Shown: positions 8,818 through 19,735, counted from the first letter of the stretch. The stretch is DNA of 64,000 nt from Vulcanimicrobiota bacterium (GCA_963714015.1 OY970223.1:2624001-2688000), one strand, 5' to 3'. Numbers and translations are program-made. Notes: a model not told the origin generated them from the letters alone.

Positions 8818-9474
8818 TTAAAAAGCCGCACTAGGCGGCGTCTTTCTGTTTGAGCGCGACGACGGTTCCGGGCGTCGGCGGTGGCGGGGTAGTTCGAACG
8901 GTGCGCGGCATACCAAAGTACGCGGCGAGCACGGCCAACACCACGGTCCCGAATATCCAGACGAGCGCACCGACGAGCTGCGCGATCGGCGTCGCATCAG
9001 CAGGCATGAATTGGTGATGCCTGAGGTGGGAGAACGACCAATACAGCGAGATGAGATATTCCGGCTGACTGAGGAGTTTGAAAAGCGCGGCGACGGCACT
9101 GCATACCGACACGGCACCCGCGGCAAGGCCGATAAATCCGCAGCGATAGGTATTGAGGTTTTGCAGCATATCGTCCCCACCATGCGGTAGATGCGCACGC
9201 GCGTTACGCCTGAAAAGCGCAGATCATCGCGCACGACCGGTGAAACGTCGACAAGGTGCCCCGTCCATAGCGCCGGACCGTAATCCTCAACGACGCACCA
9301 CGATTCTGCGCCGTTAGCATCGTTGACGATCTGAATCCGCGTCCCGAACGGCACCAAATGCCGGGTTGCGCAGATGCGAGCGGCCGGATTAAATGGACGA
9401 CCGTCCGCCATGGTGCCGGGCTGGTTGTACCAGCTGGCAATGCCCATGGCGACGAACGCCCAGACCGGCGTCAC
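8818..9474 (-). CDS. RlpA-like (double-psi beta-barrel) lytic transglycosylase; domain within about 9170-9474
   Basis: GIASWY...FNP...AT...PFGTRI...VEDYGP...VDVS motif pattern. Confidence 0.8.
   Translation of the reverse strand: MTPVWAFVAMGIASWYNQPGTMADGRPFNPAARICATRHLVPFGTRIQIVNDANGAESWCVVEDYGPALWTGHLVDVSPVVRDDLRFSGVTRVRIYRMVGTICCKTSIPIAADLSALPRVPCRYAVPSPRFSNSSVSRNISSRCIGRSPTSGITNSCLLMRRRSRSSSVRSSGYSGPWCWPCSPRTLVCRAPFELPRHRRRPEPSSRSNRKTPPSAAF
8831..9169 (-). CDS. Two-TM membrane protein, holin candidate
   Basis: Two hydrophobic segments and a charged C-terminus; adjacent to murein hydrolases. Confidence 0.55.
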   Translation of the reverse strand: MLQNLNTYRCGFIGLAAGAVSVCSAVAALFKLLSQPEYLISLYWSFSHLRHHQFMPADATPIAQLVGALVWIFGTVVLAVLAAYFGMPRTVRTTPPPPTPGTVVALKQKDAA

Positions 9475-10166
9475 GTCGTCGCGAGGCGACGCTCTATCTC
9501 TATTTTATAGGCGTGCTCGCGTTGGCGCAGGGCGTTTCCCATGATCGACGGATCGATGTTCGCGTTGCTCATTCCATCCGGCAGCGGTACTTCCGTCGCC
9601 CAGTCCCAACGCTCGCCGGTCACGTAATAGTTTGCGTACTGTGGCGGATTGCCCGGATGATTCGCCGCTTCACCATGCGAAAACGAAATATGCTCCCCGG
9701 CATACGGACCATCCGCGGCGGTGCCGCTTAGGTCAATGTCGTACGCGCACGCGACAGCAGCGACGCCGGAGCACATCCAATCGGTCGTCGCGAGGGTGAT
9801 CGGCTCTGGTCCAAAGTTGTGCTCGTCGGCGAACGCCATATCATCCGTCGCGAACCCGAATGCTCCCGTGTTTCGCATATACGTGTGCGAGTGCTCGTCG
9901 TTGTCGTTCACGCCGATGGCGTTGTCTTGTGGGTTGCCGCAAACGTCGAAATAGAAGTGGCCGTTCGCGAAACGCAGCGCACCATTGTAATCGTTGAAAT
10001 CTTGGCCGTAATGCCCAACCGTCCAATGCCGGTAAATGCGCTTCAACGTACCGGGCGGACACGGATACTTCGACTTGAGCAGTTTTGCGTACTCGACGGC
10101 AGCGACTATCGCCGCCTCGGTCAAAGGCGCGGCAGGGTCGAAAGTTCCGAGCGGATTGAAGTCCAT
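9471..10166 (-). CDS. N-acetylmuramoyl-L-alanine amidase-like endolysin
   Basis: RIYRHWT, HTYMRNTG and SHGE zinc-amidase-like motifs; GGAG RBS. Confidence 0.7.
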   Translation of the reverse strand: MDFNPLGTFDPAAPLTEAAIVAAVEYAKLLKSKYPCPPGTLKRIYRHWTVGHYGQDFNDYNGALRFANGHFYFDVCGNPQDNAIGVNDNDEHSHTYMRNTGAFGFATDDMAFADEHNFGPEPITLATTDWMCSGVAAVACAYDIDLSGTAADGPYAGEHISFSHGEAANHPGNPPQYANYYVTGERWDWATEVPLPDGMSNANIDPSIMGNALRQREHAYKIEIERRLATT

Positions 10167-10170
10167 GTGA

Positions 10171-10593
10171 TTACTCCCCAGGTCTATAAAAAGAGCCCCC
10201 TTGACGGAGGCTTTCTTGTAGTGCTTCTTCGAGTTCGGCCGGTATCGGTGGGAGTCCGGATTCACCGCCTCCGCTGCGCACGTGCCCAATGACTGATCCG
10301 ATGTAAACGATAGCCGAAGCGAATTGACGCTTCATACTCCGCATTTCGTCGCACATCTGCTCGACCGCCGCTTTCCAGCCCTCGGAACTCAATCGGTAGG
10401 CGTCAGCTGCTGCGCGTGCTTCTCGCTCGCGTTGCAGGGCGGAGTCGCGCTCGCTCAGTGCGATCGCTGCTTCGTGCGCAAGGTGAACCCTGTCGCGAAA
10501 TACGGGTATGCCGCGGATAACGCCATACATTGCCGTTAATGCGGCGACGAGTTCAGCAACGGCGGTAATGAGCGGCACGAGCTGAATGTGCAT
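10171..10593 (-). CDS. N-terminal TM plus coiled-coil protein (holin/spanin-like)
   Basis: One TM then a coiled coil; immediately upstream of the endolysin. Confidence 0.55.
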   Translation of the reverse strand: MHIQLVPLITAVAELVAALTAMYGVIRGIPVFRDRVHLAHEAAIALSERDSALQREREARAAADAYRLSSEGWKAAVEQMCDEMRSMKRQFASAIVYIGSVIGHVRSGGGESGLPPIPAELEEALQESLRQGGSFYRPGE

Positions 10594-10682
10594 GATTCCC
10601 CAGCGGTGGCGAGCAAGGTGCGTTTTGGAGGCGATCATCAAGAACTGATCCTCTTCTAGACGAGGAACACCCAGTAGCCTGT

Positions 10683-11507
10683 TTAGTTGGAAACCTCGAT
10701 GTGAGTGACGCGTCCGCCGGCCGAAACCGATCCGGTAGTCGGACCGAGGCAGCCATGGACGTTTTGGCTGTAGTACGAATAGTTGACGGTCTGGTATGCA
10801 ACCGCCGCGGCGACGTAGTAGACGCCCGACGAGGGAACGGTGCCCCCTTTGCTGGTCGGATTCCACTGATTCGTCGTCGTGTTCTGTTGTTCGATGACCT
10901 GACCGCCGCTCGCGTTGAGTAGTTCGATAGTCGTCGAACCGGTCGCCGTCGATGTCAGCCGCGTGGTACACGAACTCGTCGAGTAGTAGGTCGTCGAGGC
11001 CGTCTGCGGCTCGGAATCGAACGAGACCGTGACGTGTGTCCCGCCGATAATCGTGGCGCCGTCGTTTACCGCCTGCTCGATCGTAAAGCCGGATGTGGTT
11101 CCGTACGCGTCTTGCGCACCGCTCGGCGGCGAATTCGGGTCTTGCGTGGCGCTATAGGAAACCGAACCCGCCTGCACGGTCCAGTTGAGCGATCCCTGAA
11201 TCAGCCACGGATCGTCATCCGGTTGAATCGTCGTCGAGTTGACGGCGCAGGATTCAGCAGCGCTCAGGCCCATCATCGCATTCGACGGAGATCCCGAGCA
11301 CGCGCCGTTATTTTGAACGTACGTTTCGAAGTCGCTGACGGACACGGCTTGAAGCGAACCGTTCCACGATGACTGCGCACTGCTTTTCCACGTGAACAGC
11401 GAGCCGATGTGCGAGTAGACGTACCCGCGGCTAAAGCCCTGGTCTGACGCCAGCAGCGCGACCGCTGCGATCGCGCAAAGCAGCGCGCGCGCTAGCGGCG
11501 AACGCAT
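10683..11507 (-). CDS. Signal-peptide-bearing beta-rich protein at end of tail module
   Basis: MRSPLARALLCAIAAVALLA signal; Ser/Thr-rich mature part with 4 Cys; overlaps the fibre gene's stop. Confidence 0.7.
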   Translation of the reverse strand: MRSPLARALLCAIAAVALLASDQGFSRGYVYSHIGSLFTWKSSAQSSWNGSLQAVSVSDFETYVQNNGACSGSPSNAMMGLSAAESCAVNSTTIQPDDDPWLIQGSLNWTVQAGSVSYSATQDPNSPPSGAQDAYGTTSGFTIEQAVNDGATIIGGTHVTVSFDSEPQTASTTYYSTSSCTTRLTSTATGSTTIELLNASGGQVIEQQNTTTNQWNPTSKGGTVPSSGVYYVAAAVAYQTVNYSYYSQNVHGCLGPTTGSVSAGGRVTHIEVSN

Positions 11508-13654
11508 GAGGGAACCTTGCGGTTCTGCGGCAAGGCGCACAGGCCGCGAACCATCTTTACGAGTCCGTCGATCTCGCGTTGCTCCTTCAGAATTGCGAGC
11601 GCGTCGACGGTCGAGAGCGCGGCAGCATCGAAGTGATCGTGATGCGCACCGGAGAGCACCGAGGGCGTATCGTTGGCAATGAATCCGTAGCGCTCGGTCT
11701 TGCCGCCGTCGCCGTAGCCTTTCCGATACCGGTATTGTTTGAAGTCCGTCTTCATCAGCACGTCGAGCGGGTCGAACGTGATCGGCATAATGTCGTGTTT
11801 CCACTCACGCCGCGACGGGAAGAGGAAGTTCGAGGCATAGACGCTGCCGCCGACTCCGACGTTGCTCGAGTTATCGACACAGACGCGCCAGGCGATCGCA
11901 GACTGGGCGATTCCCGCGGTGGTGCAGGGAATGCCCTGAAGCGTTACCGCCGAGCCCGGGGCGCCGAACTGCGCAAGGCCGTTGACGACAAGATTGTTGT
12001 TGCCCAGAATGTTCAGCGGACCGTTCACGTTCGAACCCGTCGGACCGTAGGACGACGATCCGGCGACGACCGCGCCGCTGCTATTGAGCGTCAGGCCGCC
12101 GTTGATCGTTGCACTCGCCGGGCCGTACGTCGACGACCCCGCCAAATACGATCCTTGGATCTTCACGCTGCCGCCGTGCTGCAGTTGCACTTCGTTGACG
12201 CCGCCGACCTGATAGTCCGCGATGTCGCCCGTCGGCGAGGACGCGTTGCTGGCATTCCACGTGAACGGTACGGCTGAACCGGTTGCATTTGAGGCAATGG
12301 TTGCGCCGCTAGTGCTCGAAAACGCGAAGGGAGACGCAGCAGAAAACGTCTGCAGTCCGGCGAAGGTCTGAGGGCCGCTCGTCTGGGCGCACGCCCCGGA
12401 AATCGTTCCGAGCGATGACGTGGACGTCGCCTGCACGCAGAAGCCGTTCGTAAAGCCGCTGAACAGGTTCGTCAGCCCAGAGCCATTGCCGACGAAGGAC
12501 GCGGCCGTCACCGTTCCCGCGGGCGAGACGCTGAATTGCGTCGCACCATTGTACTGGAACTTCGAGTTGCCGCTACTATCGACGGCAAAGTTCCAGGTAT
12601 TCGTCTGCGGCGCGCTGCCCGTCCAAGACGACGACTGCAGTTGGAACCCGCCGACTGACCCGTAATTCTGAGACGACGTCGCAACGCCGGCTGGCGTGAT
12701 TTGACTGTTTCCCGCCCAGGCCGCGCTGTTGGCTGAAATCGATGTGAACGACGGCGTATGCGAAACGTCGACGACGTAGTTCGATCCCGAAGGCGTGACA
12801 CTGACGTTCGCGTCGCCCGCCGAGACCGTCGTCGGCGAACCGCCGGACGTGTTGCATCCGCCGCTCACAAGTTGCGCATTCGCATCGAAGAAGGCACAGG
12901 TCGCCGGCGAGACGCCCGCGTTCCCGATCTGTGCCCAGCCGTGGTTCCACCCGGGCGCCATCGTAATGTTCGAGGACGTGATGCTGGTCTGGCCGTTGGC
13001 GACCGCTACCCACCCGAGCGCGACATAGCCGCTATCCGCCGTCGGCTGCGTCGGTGATGTGCCGGCGGTTCCGGCTTTGGCGACGATCGAGATGAGATCT
13101 GACCGTTGCTGCGCGACGTTGAAGGGCGACGGATTGCCCAGGTTATCGAGAAAGGTGCGGCTCGCGAGATTGTGATCGAGTGGCGGCTGCACCTGCGCTT
13201 CGATGAGGTAGTACATCGAATAACCGGAGGTGGTCGGCGCCGTGAGCGGCCCGATCGGCGCGGTCGCCGAGCTGATGAAGGCCGGAACGGCGATCTTGGT
13301 TGGATCGGCGGGCAACGCGTCCGGGTCTGCCGTCGGTGTCGCTTGCGGCATCGGATTCGGATCGTCCGCAACCTGTTGATAAACTGCGCCGTTCGTTGAA
13401 CCGGCGGTAGGCGCAACCGTCACGTTCAGGCCGCTGCCGGGGCTTATCGTAAGATCCGCGTACGTGCCGGTTAAGCCGGCATGCAGCATCATGGTGCCGA
13501 TCAGAATGCGGGTGTCGCGCTCTTGCTGATTATAGTCCTGGTCGTTCGGCTGCAGACCCCAATAGTAGATCTGGCGATCGCCCGCGCGCGCCGGCAGCAT
13601 AACGAGTTGAGACAATAAAAACGCTGCAAGCACAGCGCATAGCACTCGACGCAT
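11492..13654 (-). CDS. Tail fibre with C-terminal peptidase S74 intramolecular chaperone and N-terminal signal peptide
   Basis: GGGAG RBS; fibre N-domain DRQIYY...APTTSGYSMYYLIEA...VANGQTSITSSNI; C-terminal PSRREWKHDI...YGFIAND. Confidence 0.85.
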   Translation of the reverse strand: MRRVLCAVLAAFLLSQLVMLPARAGDRQIYYWGLQPNDQDYNQQERDTRILIGTMMLHAGLTGTYADLTISPGSGLNVTVAPTAGSTNGAVYQQVADDPNPMPQATPTADPDALPADPTKIAVPAFISSATAPIGPLTAPTTSGYSMYYLIEAQVQPPLDHNLASRTFLDNLGNPSPFNVAQQRSDLISIVAKAGTAGTSPTQPTADSGYVALGWVAVANGQTSITSSNITMAPGWNHGWAQIGNAGVSPATCAFFDANAQLVSGGCNTSGGSPTTVSAGDANVSVTPSGSNYVVDVSHTPSFTSISANSAAWAGNSQITPAGVATSSQNYGSVGGFQLQSSSWTGSAPQTNTWNFAVDSSGNSKFQYNGATQFSVSPAGTVTAASFVGNGSGLTNLFSGFTNGFCVQATSTSSLGTISGACAQTSGPQTFAGLQTFSAASPFAFSSTSGATIASNATGSAVPFTWNASNASSPTGDIADYQVGGVNEVQLQHGGSVKIQGSYLAGSSTYGPASATINGGLTLNSSGAVVAGSSSYGPTGSNVNGPLNILGNNNLVVNGLAQFGAPGSAVTLQGIPCTTAGIAQSAIAWRVCVDNSSNVGVGGSVYASNFLFPSRREWKHDIMPITFDPLDVLMKTDFKQYRYRKGYGDGGKTERYGFIANDTPSVLSGAHHDHFDAAALSTVDALAILKEQREIDGLVKMVRGLCALPQNRKVPSCVRR

Positions 13655-13662
13655 GTTTCTCC

Positions 13663-15264
13663 CTAGCCCGGCTGCATCGCCGTGATGACGGCCTCGGAAA
13701 TGTTGTTGTTCGAATCGATCGGCGCCCAACCAAAGAGCGTAAGCGAACCGCCGTACGGGTTGGAACCACCCTCGCTTCCGAGATAGTAGGGCAGACCCAT
13801 CGAAGTCGGATTGTAGACCAGATCGACGGTCACTTCGCCCGCGGGCAGATTCGCGCCGACACTGTTCGAGTTTCCGCCTGCATTGCCGACGAAGGCGCCG
13901 TTGACGTACACGCCGACCGATGCAACGCCCAGAGCGTGGAACGTAATATTGGCTCCGGCAGCAAGCGTCAGAATCGTGCGATAGCCGATTGAGAAAGGCT
14001 CGCCGTAAACGGTGTCTGCGCCGATCTTGATGCTGCCGTCGAGCGAGAGGGACTTGCCCCAATTCGTACCATTCCCCGGACGCGCGTAGCCGCCGCCTGC
14101 AAGGAACGTCACCGTGAAGGGCATACTGCGCGGCGGCGGATTCTTCAGCGCTACGCTCGTCGTCGCGCCGTCGGTAACCTCGAAGTCCGTGGAGAAGTCG
14201 AGCTCGAGCGCGCCAGCATAGCCGTTGAGGGTGGTCACGCCCTCGTTATCAAACGCAAAAGTGCCCGACGAGACGCGACGCACGTGGACGCCATTGCCGT
14301 CCTCGAGCGTGAAGGCTTCCGGACCATCGCCGTTGATCGTCGCGGCCGCCGGAGGCGCCGGAACGTTAATCTTGATCGTTTGCGCGTCTTGCGATGTAAC
14401 CGCCGCAACACCGCCGCCCTCGATGACGACCGATCCGGATTTGCCGTTCACACTGGTTTGTGCTTGCGCCGGCGGGGCGTTGATCTGAATGGTGCCCGCT
14501 TCCGGCTCGGTTACGGTTACCTGGCCGTCACCCTGAAACGTGAAGATCGGGCCGTTCTGATTGTTGATGACCGTTTCCGGGACGGTAATGTCGATCTGCT
14601 CGGGATTCCCCGAATCGACCGCAACCGTGGCCGCGCCCTTGCCGGCGAGTAATACCGATCCGCCCACGCCGTTGAGCGACGTTACGGGCGAGCTATCCGT
14701 TCCGGTGATGCACTTGCGCACGTCGGGAAAGATCATCGTGATATCCGCTTGCGTGATACCGGTCGCATTCGCTGGAACGGTAATACGAGCGAGTTCCACG
14801 TAGCCGGCCGGCGGCGTTTCGCTGCCTTCGACGTACTGCAGTGTTATCGTGTTAGCGTCGAGCGGAATGACCTGATCGGTCTTCGACCCGTCGATAGCCT
14901 CGACTTCGCGTGTAATCGTATCGCCGTCCGGAACCTGCGGCGTCGCCTGGATCGCGATGGAATCAGTGCGTTGCGCCGGCCCCGAACCCGGGCACTGCAG
15001 TTGCGTTGCAGGACAGTTGTCGCACCAATTCCCCTCCACGAACACGCGTTGGTTCGCGCCGCCGACCGTGACCTGAAACGACCCGTTTGCCGTAATCTGC
15101 AGCGGATCCATGGCAGGCAGGGCATTCATAACGCCAAGGACCGCTGCGAGGATCTCTTGCGATCGGTTGCGCGCAGCCTGCGCTTCCGAGAGCATATCCG
15201 CAGACTGGACGAGCTCGCCGTCCTCGAATGCGACGTTCTCGGTGTTGGAAAAATCCGAACTCAT
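13663..15264 (-). CDS. Tail fibre/baseplate-attached fibre protein (no signal peptide)
   Basis: RTDSIAI and PPAGYVELARITVPANATGITQADI motifs; repeated V-T-S-x-N-G-x-x-G shaft units. Confidence 0.8.
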   Translation of the reverse strand: MSSDFSNTENVAFEDGELVQSADMLSEAQAARNRSQEILAAVLGVMNALPAMDPLQITANGSFQVTVGGANQRVFVEGNWCDNCPATQLQCPGSGPAQRTDSIAIQATPQVPDGDTITREVEAIDGSKTDQVIPLDANTITLQYVEGSETPPAGYVELARITVPANATGITQADITMIFPDVRKCITGTDSSPVTSLNGVGGSVLLAGKGAATVAVDSGNPEQIDITVPETVINNQNGPIFTFQGDGQVTVTEPEAGTIQINAPPAQAQTSVNGKSGSVVIEGGGVAAVTSQDAQTIKINVPAPPAAATINGDGPEAFTLEDGNGVHVRRVSSGTFAFDNEGVTTLNGYAGALELDFSTDFEVTDGATTSVALKNPPPRSMPFTVTFLAGGGYARPGNGTNWGKSLSLDGSIKIGADTVYGEPFSIGYRTILTLAAGANITFHALGVASVGVYVNGAFVGNAGGNSNSVGANLPAGEVTVDLVYNPTSMGLPYYLGSEGGSNPYGGSLTLFGWAPIDSNNNISEAVITAMQPG

Positions 15265-15273
15265 ACGTGTCCT

Positions 15274-16386
15274 TTAGGTGGAACGCAAGATGTAGACGGG
15301 GCGCACGCCGCCCGCTTTGATGCGACGCACAACGATGTCCAGGTTGGGGTCCGGCGCGGCTCCCGGCCCGAACTTGGTCGAGTCGAAGACCTGCGCCGCG
15401 TGGCCCAGGATCGTTTCCCGTCCAAGATGCGCAAAATCGGCATAGAACGCCGAGTCGTCAGTCGCCCACTCAATGACGATCGCGACCTGGCCGTAGGTAA
15501 TGTTGAACGCCGCGGCTGACGTCGGGTCGCTCTGCGTGTCGAACACGTAAATATTGGGGACAAGTAACTGCTCAGATGACGGTTGGAAGACGGCTAAACC
15601 GCCGCGCGTACCGATACCGCCCATCGTTCCGAGTGAAAGGTCTTGCAGCACCTTATTGGCCGTGACTGCCTCGGCCGCAAGATAGTAATTCACGGCGCCG
15701 GTGAGAATCGCTTGAAGCGTTTGCAGCTTCATCCCGAGCCGCTTGCGAATTCGCAGGGAATACGCAGCATCGTTCCCGGCTTCCGACGGCAACCGCTGCA
15801 TTTCCGTGCCGTAGATATCATTCGCGGTCAGGTCGAGGTTGTTATCGCTGCGAGTTGCCCAGCGCGTCTGGTTCTTCGTATACGGAATTTCGAGCGAGGC
15901 AATGTACCCAAAGCCGCTCGCAATACCGAACGCCATCGCGTACAGTAGCCCGGTCGTCGACGGATCGCCCGTATCGGTGCGCGCCGCATCGGTAAACCAC
16001 CGCTTTGGGATCAGCGCCATGATCCGCTGCGTAAATTCGGCTTGCGTGTACGGTAAAGGCGGCGGCGGCGGCGGCTCAACCGGCTGCTGCGTCTGCTCCT
16101 GAACGGGGACCAACACGCGAATCGTTTGATTCGTTCCCGTGCCGATGAAGGTGGTCGTTCCGGAGGGAGCGTTGGCGCCCGAAAACGTCACGTCGTACAG
16201 GACGTTTTGCCCGGCGTACATCTCGATCGTACCGCCGGCTGCGAGAATGGCGGTCTGAACGAACTCGTCGCCCTGCTGGATAATCGTCGCCGTCAGACCA
16301 GCCGCCAGCGGCGTACCGGTCTGATCGACGAAAGTCACTTCTACTTGCTGGGATACGCTTTCGCCAAGCAGCAAGAGAAGCGACAT
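15274..16386 (-). CDS. Baseplate wedge protein with N-terminal extra domain
   Basis: EFTQRIMALIPKRWF, LDLTANDIYG and AYSLRIR motifs; position between baseplate J and fibres. Confidence 0.65.
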   Translation of the reverse strand: MSLLLLLGESVSQQVEVTFVDQTGTPLAAGLTATIIQQGDEFVQTAILAAGGTIEMYAGQNVLYDVTFSGANAPSGTTTFIGTGTNQTIRVLVPVQEQTQQPVEPPPPPPLPYTQAEFTQRIMALIPKRWFTDAARTDTGDPSTTGLLYAMAFGIASGFGYIASLEIPYTKNQTRWATRSDNNLDLTANDIYGTEMQRLPSEAGNDAAYSLRIRKRLGMKLQTLQAILTGAVNYYLAAEAVTANKVLQDLSLGTMGGIGTRGGLAVFQPSSEQLLVPNIYVFDTQSDPTSAAAFNITYGQVAIVIEWATDDSAFYADFAHLGRETILGHAAQVFDSTKFGPGAAPDPNLDIVVRRIKAGGVRPVYILRST

Positions 16387-16400
16387 GTATGCTCCTTGGG

Positions 16401-19400
16401 CTAGTGAACGACGAGCAGGACTTGGCCGTCGTACAACACTTGCGAATTGCTGGTGATGTCCGAAAGCGACTTCGAGTAGTCGAACGTGCCGCCGTTCGGG
16501 ACGTCCTGACCGCTCGATCCGTTACAGACCGCAGCCGTTCCGTAGCCGAGTGATCCGCTCTGCGGCATCGCGTAGATCGGCGCACCGGACCCCGATCCCC
16601 AATAGGTCGAAAGCGGCGTGCACGGCACCAAGACGTGACCGAGACGCGAGTAGGTATGCGGCGCCCAGCCCGAAAGGTTCGAGGCACTGACGACTCGCGA
16701 TGCGCCAGATCCGTTGATGACAACGAGCAGCGGACCGCGGTCCTGAGCGCATGCGAACCACTGCCGCCGGTCGAATGCCGTGCAGCTGCCGCTTCCGGTC
16801 ACATCGAACACCCAGAGATGCTCGAACTCGAAGCAATACAGCCCGGTGATGCCGTTGCAGAGGATGTTCGAATCGTACGATCCGCCGACCGCGCACTTGA
16901 CGTTCGTACCGTTGTACGGAGACGAACCCTCGCCACACGGCTTCTGCCCAGAGGCGCCAGTCGGATCTGCCGGCATGGGCGTATCGCGTCCTGACGGCAT
17001 AACGAAATCGAATGGCCAGACGTCCATGCAGTTCGGGGAGAGTCCAGCGCTGCCGAAGCCGCACATATCCGAGAACTCGGATAACATAACGGGTGCGTCG
17101 TCCGAGAAAAGGCCAAGAATCGGGGCGTATTCCCACAGTTGATTCTGCTGGTGAATGCCGGTCCCGAGCGAACTCGTTGACGTCCCCTGAATCTCGTCCG
17201 ACTGATCGGCAAGGAACATCGCGGCGATCTGCGTGTTGATGCCGGTCTTGACCGTTTCTTGATAGAGCGCAGCGATATTGTTGATCGCGCTGTGCATCCC
17301 CTGATCGACGCCAATACCGCTCTTGAGTCTGCTGAGCGACCGGGCCGTTATAGGGCAGCGGTTGAGGCGTCGGGCACGTCACGCCGTCGCACCCAACGAG
17401 CGTTTCTTCGTCAACTCCGAAGCGCGTGTTCGCGTTTTGGTTGACCGCTTGCGAAGTGTTCTGCAACCCGTTATAGGTCACGTTCATCGCCGATCCGTTC
17501 TGATGCTGCAATCCACCAAGGAAAGCGGCCAGCGCGGTCTCGTACGACGTGTCAGACGGGAACGTCAGCGGTCTATCGTTGCTCGTCAGGAGCGTCGTGC
17601 GCGTGTGGTACGTGCCATTGAAAAACGCGCTCGGATTGAACGATGTGCCGCTCGCGCCAGAGGTTGGGTCTGCGTACGGAGATGACGAGCCGGTTCCGAA
17701 GTTTTTGCCGCCTTGGTACGACCCGTCCCATATATCCCAGCCCGCGGATTCCAGGCCGATGAAGGCGTTGTCTTTGAATACCGAGGCGATCGCGTCGAAC
17801 GGTTGGGTTGACGCATTGCTGTCGTGCTTGCAATTCGCAATCACGTCGTTCGTGAACGCGAGCAGGCTAGCCGATCCGAGGTTCAGGTAGAGGTAGTATC
17901 GAGACGATCCGTCGATTCCCCAGCCCATATAGTCGACGTTTCCGGTCGTGCCGCCGTTGACGTAGATAAACCAATTGTTCGCGCCGGTCGACGTGTAGTC
18001 GGGAATCGTGTACGGAGTTCCGGCCAGCGTGACGCTGGTTTGCTGATCCCAGAAGTTGCCGCTGCTGATCGTCGCCGCGGCGTCGCACGTGCGCGATCCG
18101 TTATTGAGATATGAGCCGTGGAACGGGAAGTCGACGTCGTGTCCGTTCGCGTCGGGTTGCCCCAAGCCGGACTCCATGTAGTATTCCCAGCCATTTGCAA
18201 AGTTCCAGCGGCCGGGGCCCGGGCACGTCGTGGGCCAGAGGTTGTTACTGTTCGCGGTCGATCCGATGCACAGATCGTCGTATTGCGCGATCTGCGCGGA
18301 CGTCGCGGTCATGTTCGAATTTACGCCCTCAGACGAGAGCTCGCCGAACCAGGCCATTTCATCGCGTAACGGCGGCGGTGTCGCCGCAGGTGGCGTCGGT
18401 GTGGGCGTCGGGGTGGGCGTCGGTGTCGGAGCCGGCGTCGGGGTTGCGTAAAACGAGCCCGAGAAGCGCGCGGTCTGCGACATGGTGATGAACTCGGATA
18501 AGCCGTTCGCATCGAAGATCCAGTCGCGATCGCATTTCGGGTAGTTCGACCAGGACTCGAATGTGCTGAAGACCTGCGTCTTCGGAAAGTCGAGCGGCAT
18601 GTACGTCATCGCATCGGAGTACCACTGCGCTTGCGTGTTCAGCCCGGCGACGTAGCCGGTGCAGTTCGGGTCCGCCGTGACGTTCGCGCTGTTTTCAGCA
18701 CTCTCGATCCAGCCCTCGGGGAGATCCGGGTACCGGCTGGTCATGTAATTGTAGTACACTCTGGTAGGTGTTCACGAGGCCGTTCGCGTTGCCGACGTCG
18801 TACTGATCGTCGCCGATCATGTCAACGTCGTACGACCCGTCGATAGGCGCTGCGCACTCGAGCACGTAGCAGGTTTTCGGAAAGAAATTCTCGGTAAGCG
18901 ACGGGTTGCCGCCGGTAGGATTCCACAGCCACATAATGTTCGTGGCCCCGTCGATGTAGACGGAACGATAGTAGACGTACTCGTACCAGGCTTGAAAGAG
19001 TTCGCCCTTTTGAGCGTCGGTCGGAGCCATGCCGGTCGCTGGCCAGATTGCGGGAAAGTCGTAGATGGAGTCGTTATTGCTGCACTTCGCTGAACTCAGG
19101 CACTGATCGAATTCGTGAAACGGTCGCGCGTAAATCGGACCCGGATAGGCTTTCATACGCTGCGCGAATGCGTCGATGTAGCTGTCCCACTTCTCGTAGC
19201 ACTGCGTAGACGAATTTGGATTCGTTGCGCACGATGGCGGCGGAGCGGGGAAGCCGAGCGACTCCGCAACCGCTGCCGGTAAATAGCTTGCGAGCGATTC
19301 TGCCGACGACGTCGGGAGCCCAGCACTCCAAGAGACAATCGGCGTACGCTTGAGGGCTATAGAAGCGATGATGCGCGGATCGATGGGAGCGCCGACCGGT

Positions 19401-19735
19401 CCCCAAACCTTTGAGCCCGAATTCACGAAGTAGGTGGGCGAGCCGTAAATGAGATCGATCGGCAGCGAATGCCCCACGAGCGTTTCGAGCGTCTCTTGGT
19501 TGTTCTCTTGGATCTGCGCACCGCTCAAGATCAGACCGGTGGGCTTCGGTGACGGGCTGGATGCCGCGCGGAAAAAGCCACCGACCAGAATTTGGCCCGA
19601 GGGGAGCGGCGTCGGGTGCGGGTACGGCGTCGGAGGGTGGCCGACGAATGGCCACGTGCCGTACGTTTGCTGCGCGCTAGCAATACCGCTCAAAGCGGCA
19701 AGCAAAAATACGGCCGCGAGGGCGCTTCGAAGCAT
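16401..19735 (-). CDS. About 1100-aa secreted two-domain glycanase (GH26-like plus second GH-like barrel), split by two frameshifts
   Basis: Signal MLRSALAAVFLLAALSGIASA; GH26-type ARPFHE, WLWNP, VDMIGDDQYD and WIES motifs; PT linker; second domain with SVFKDN. Frames join near 18765 and 17330. Confidence 0.7.
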
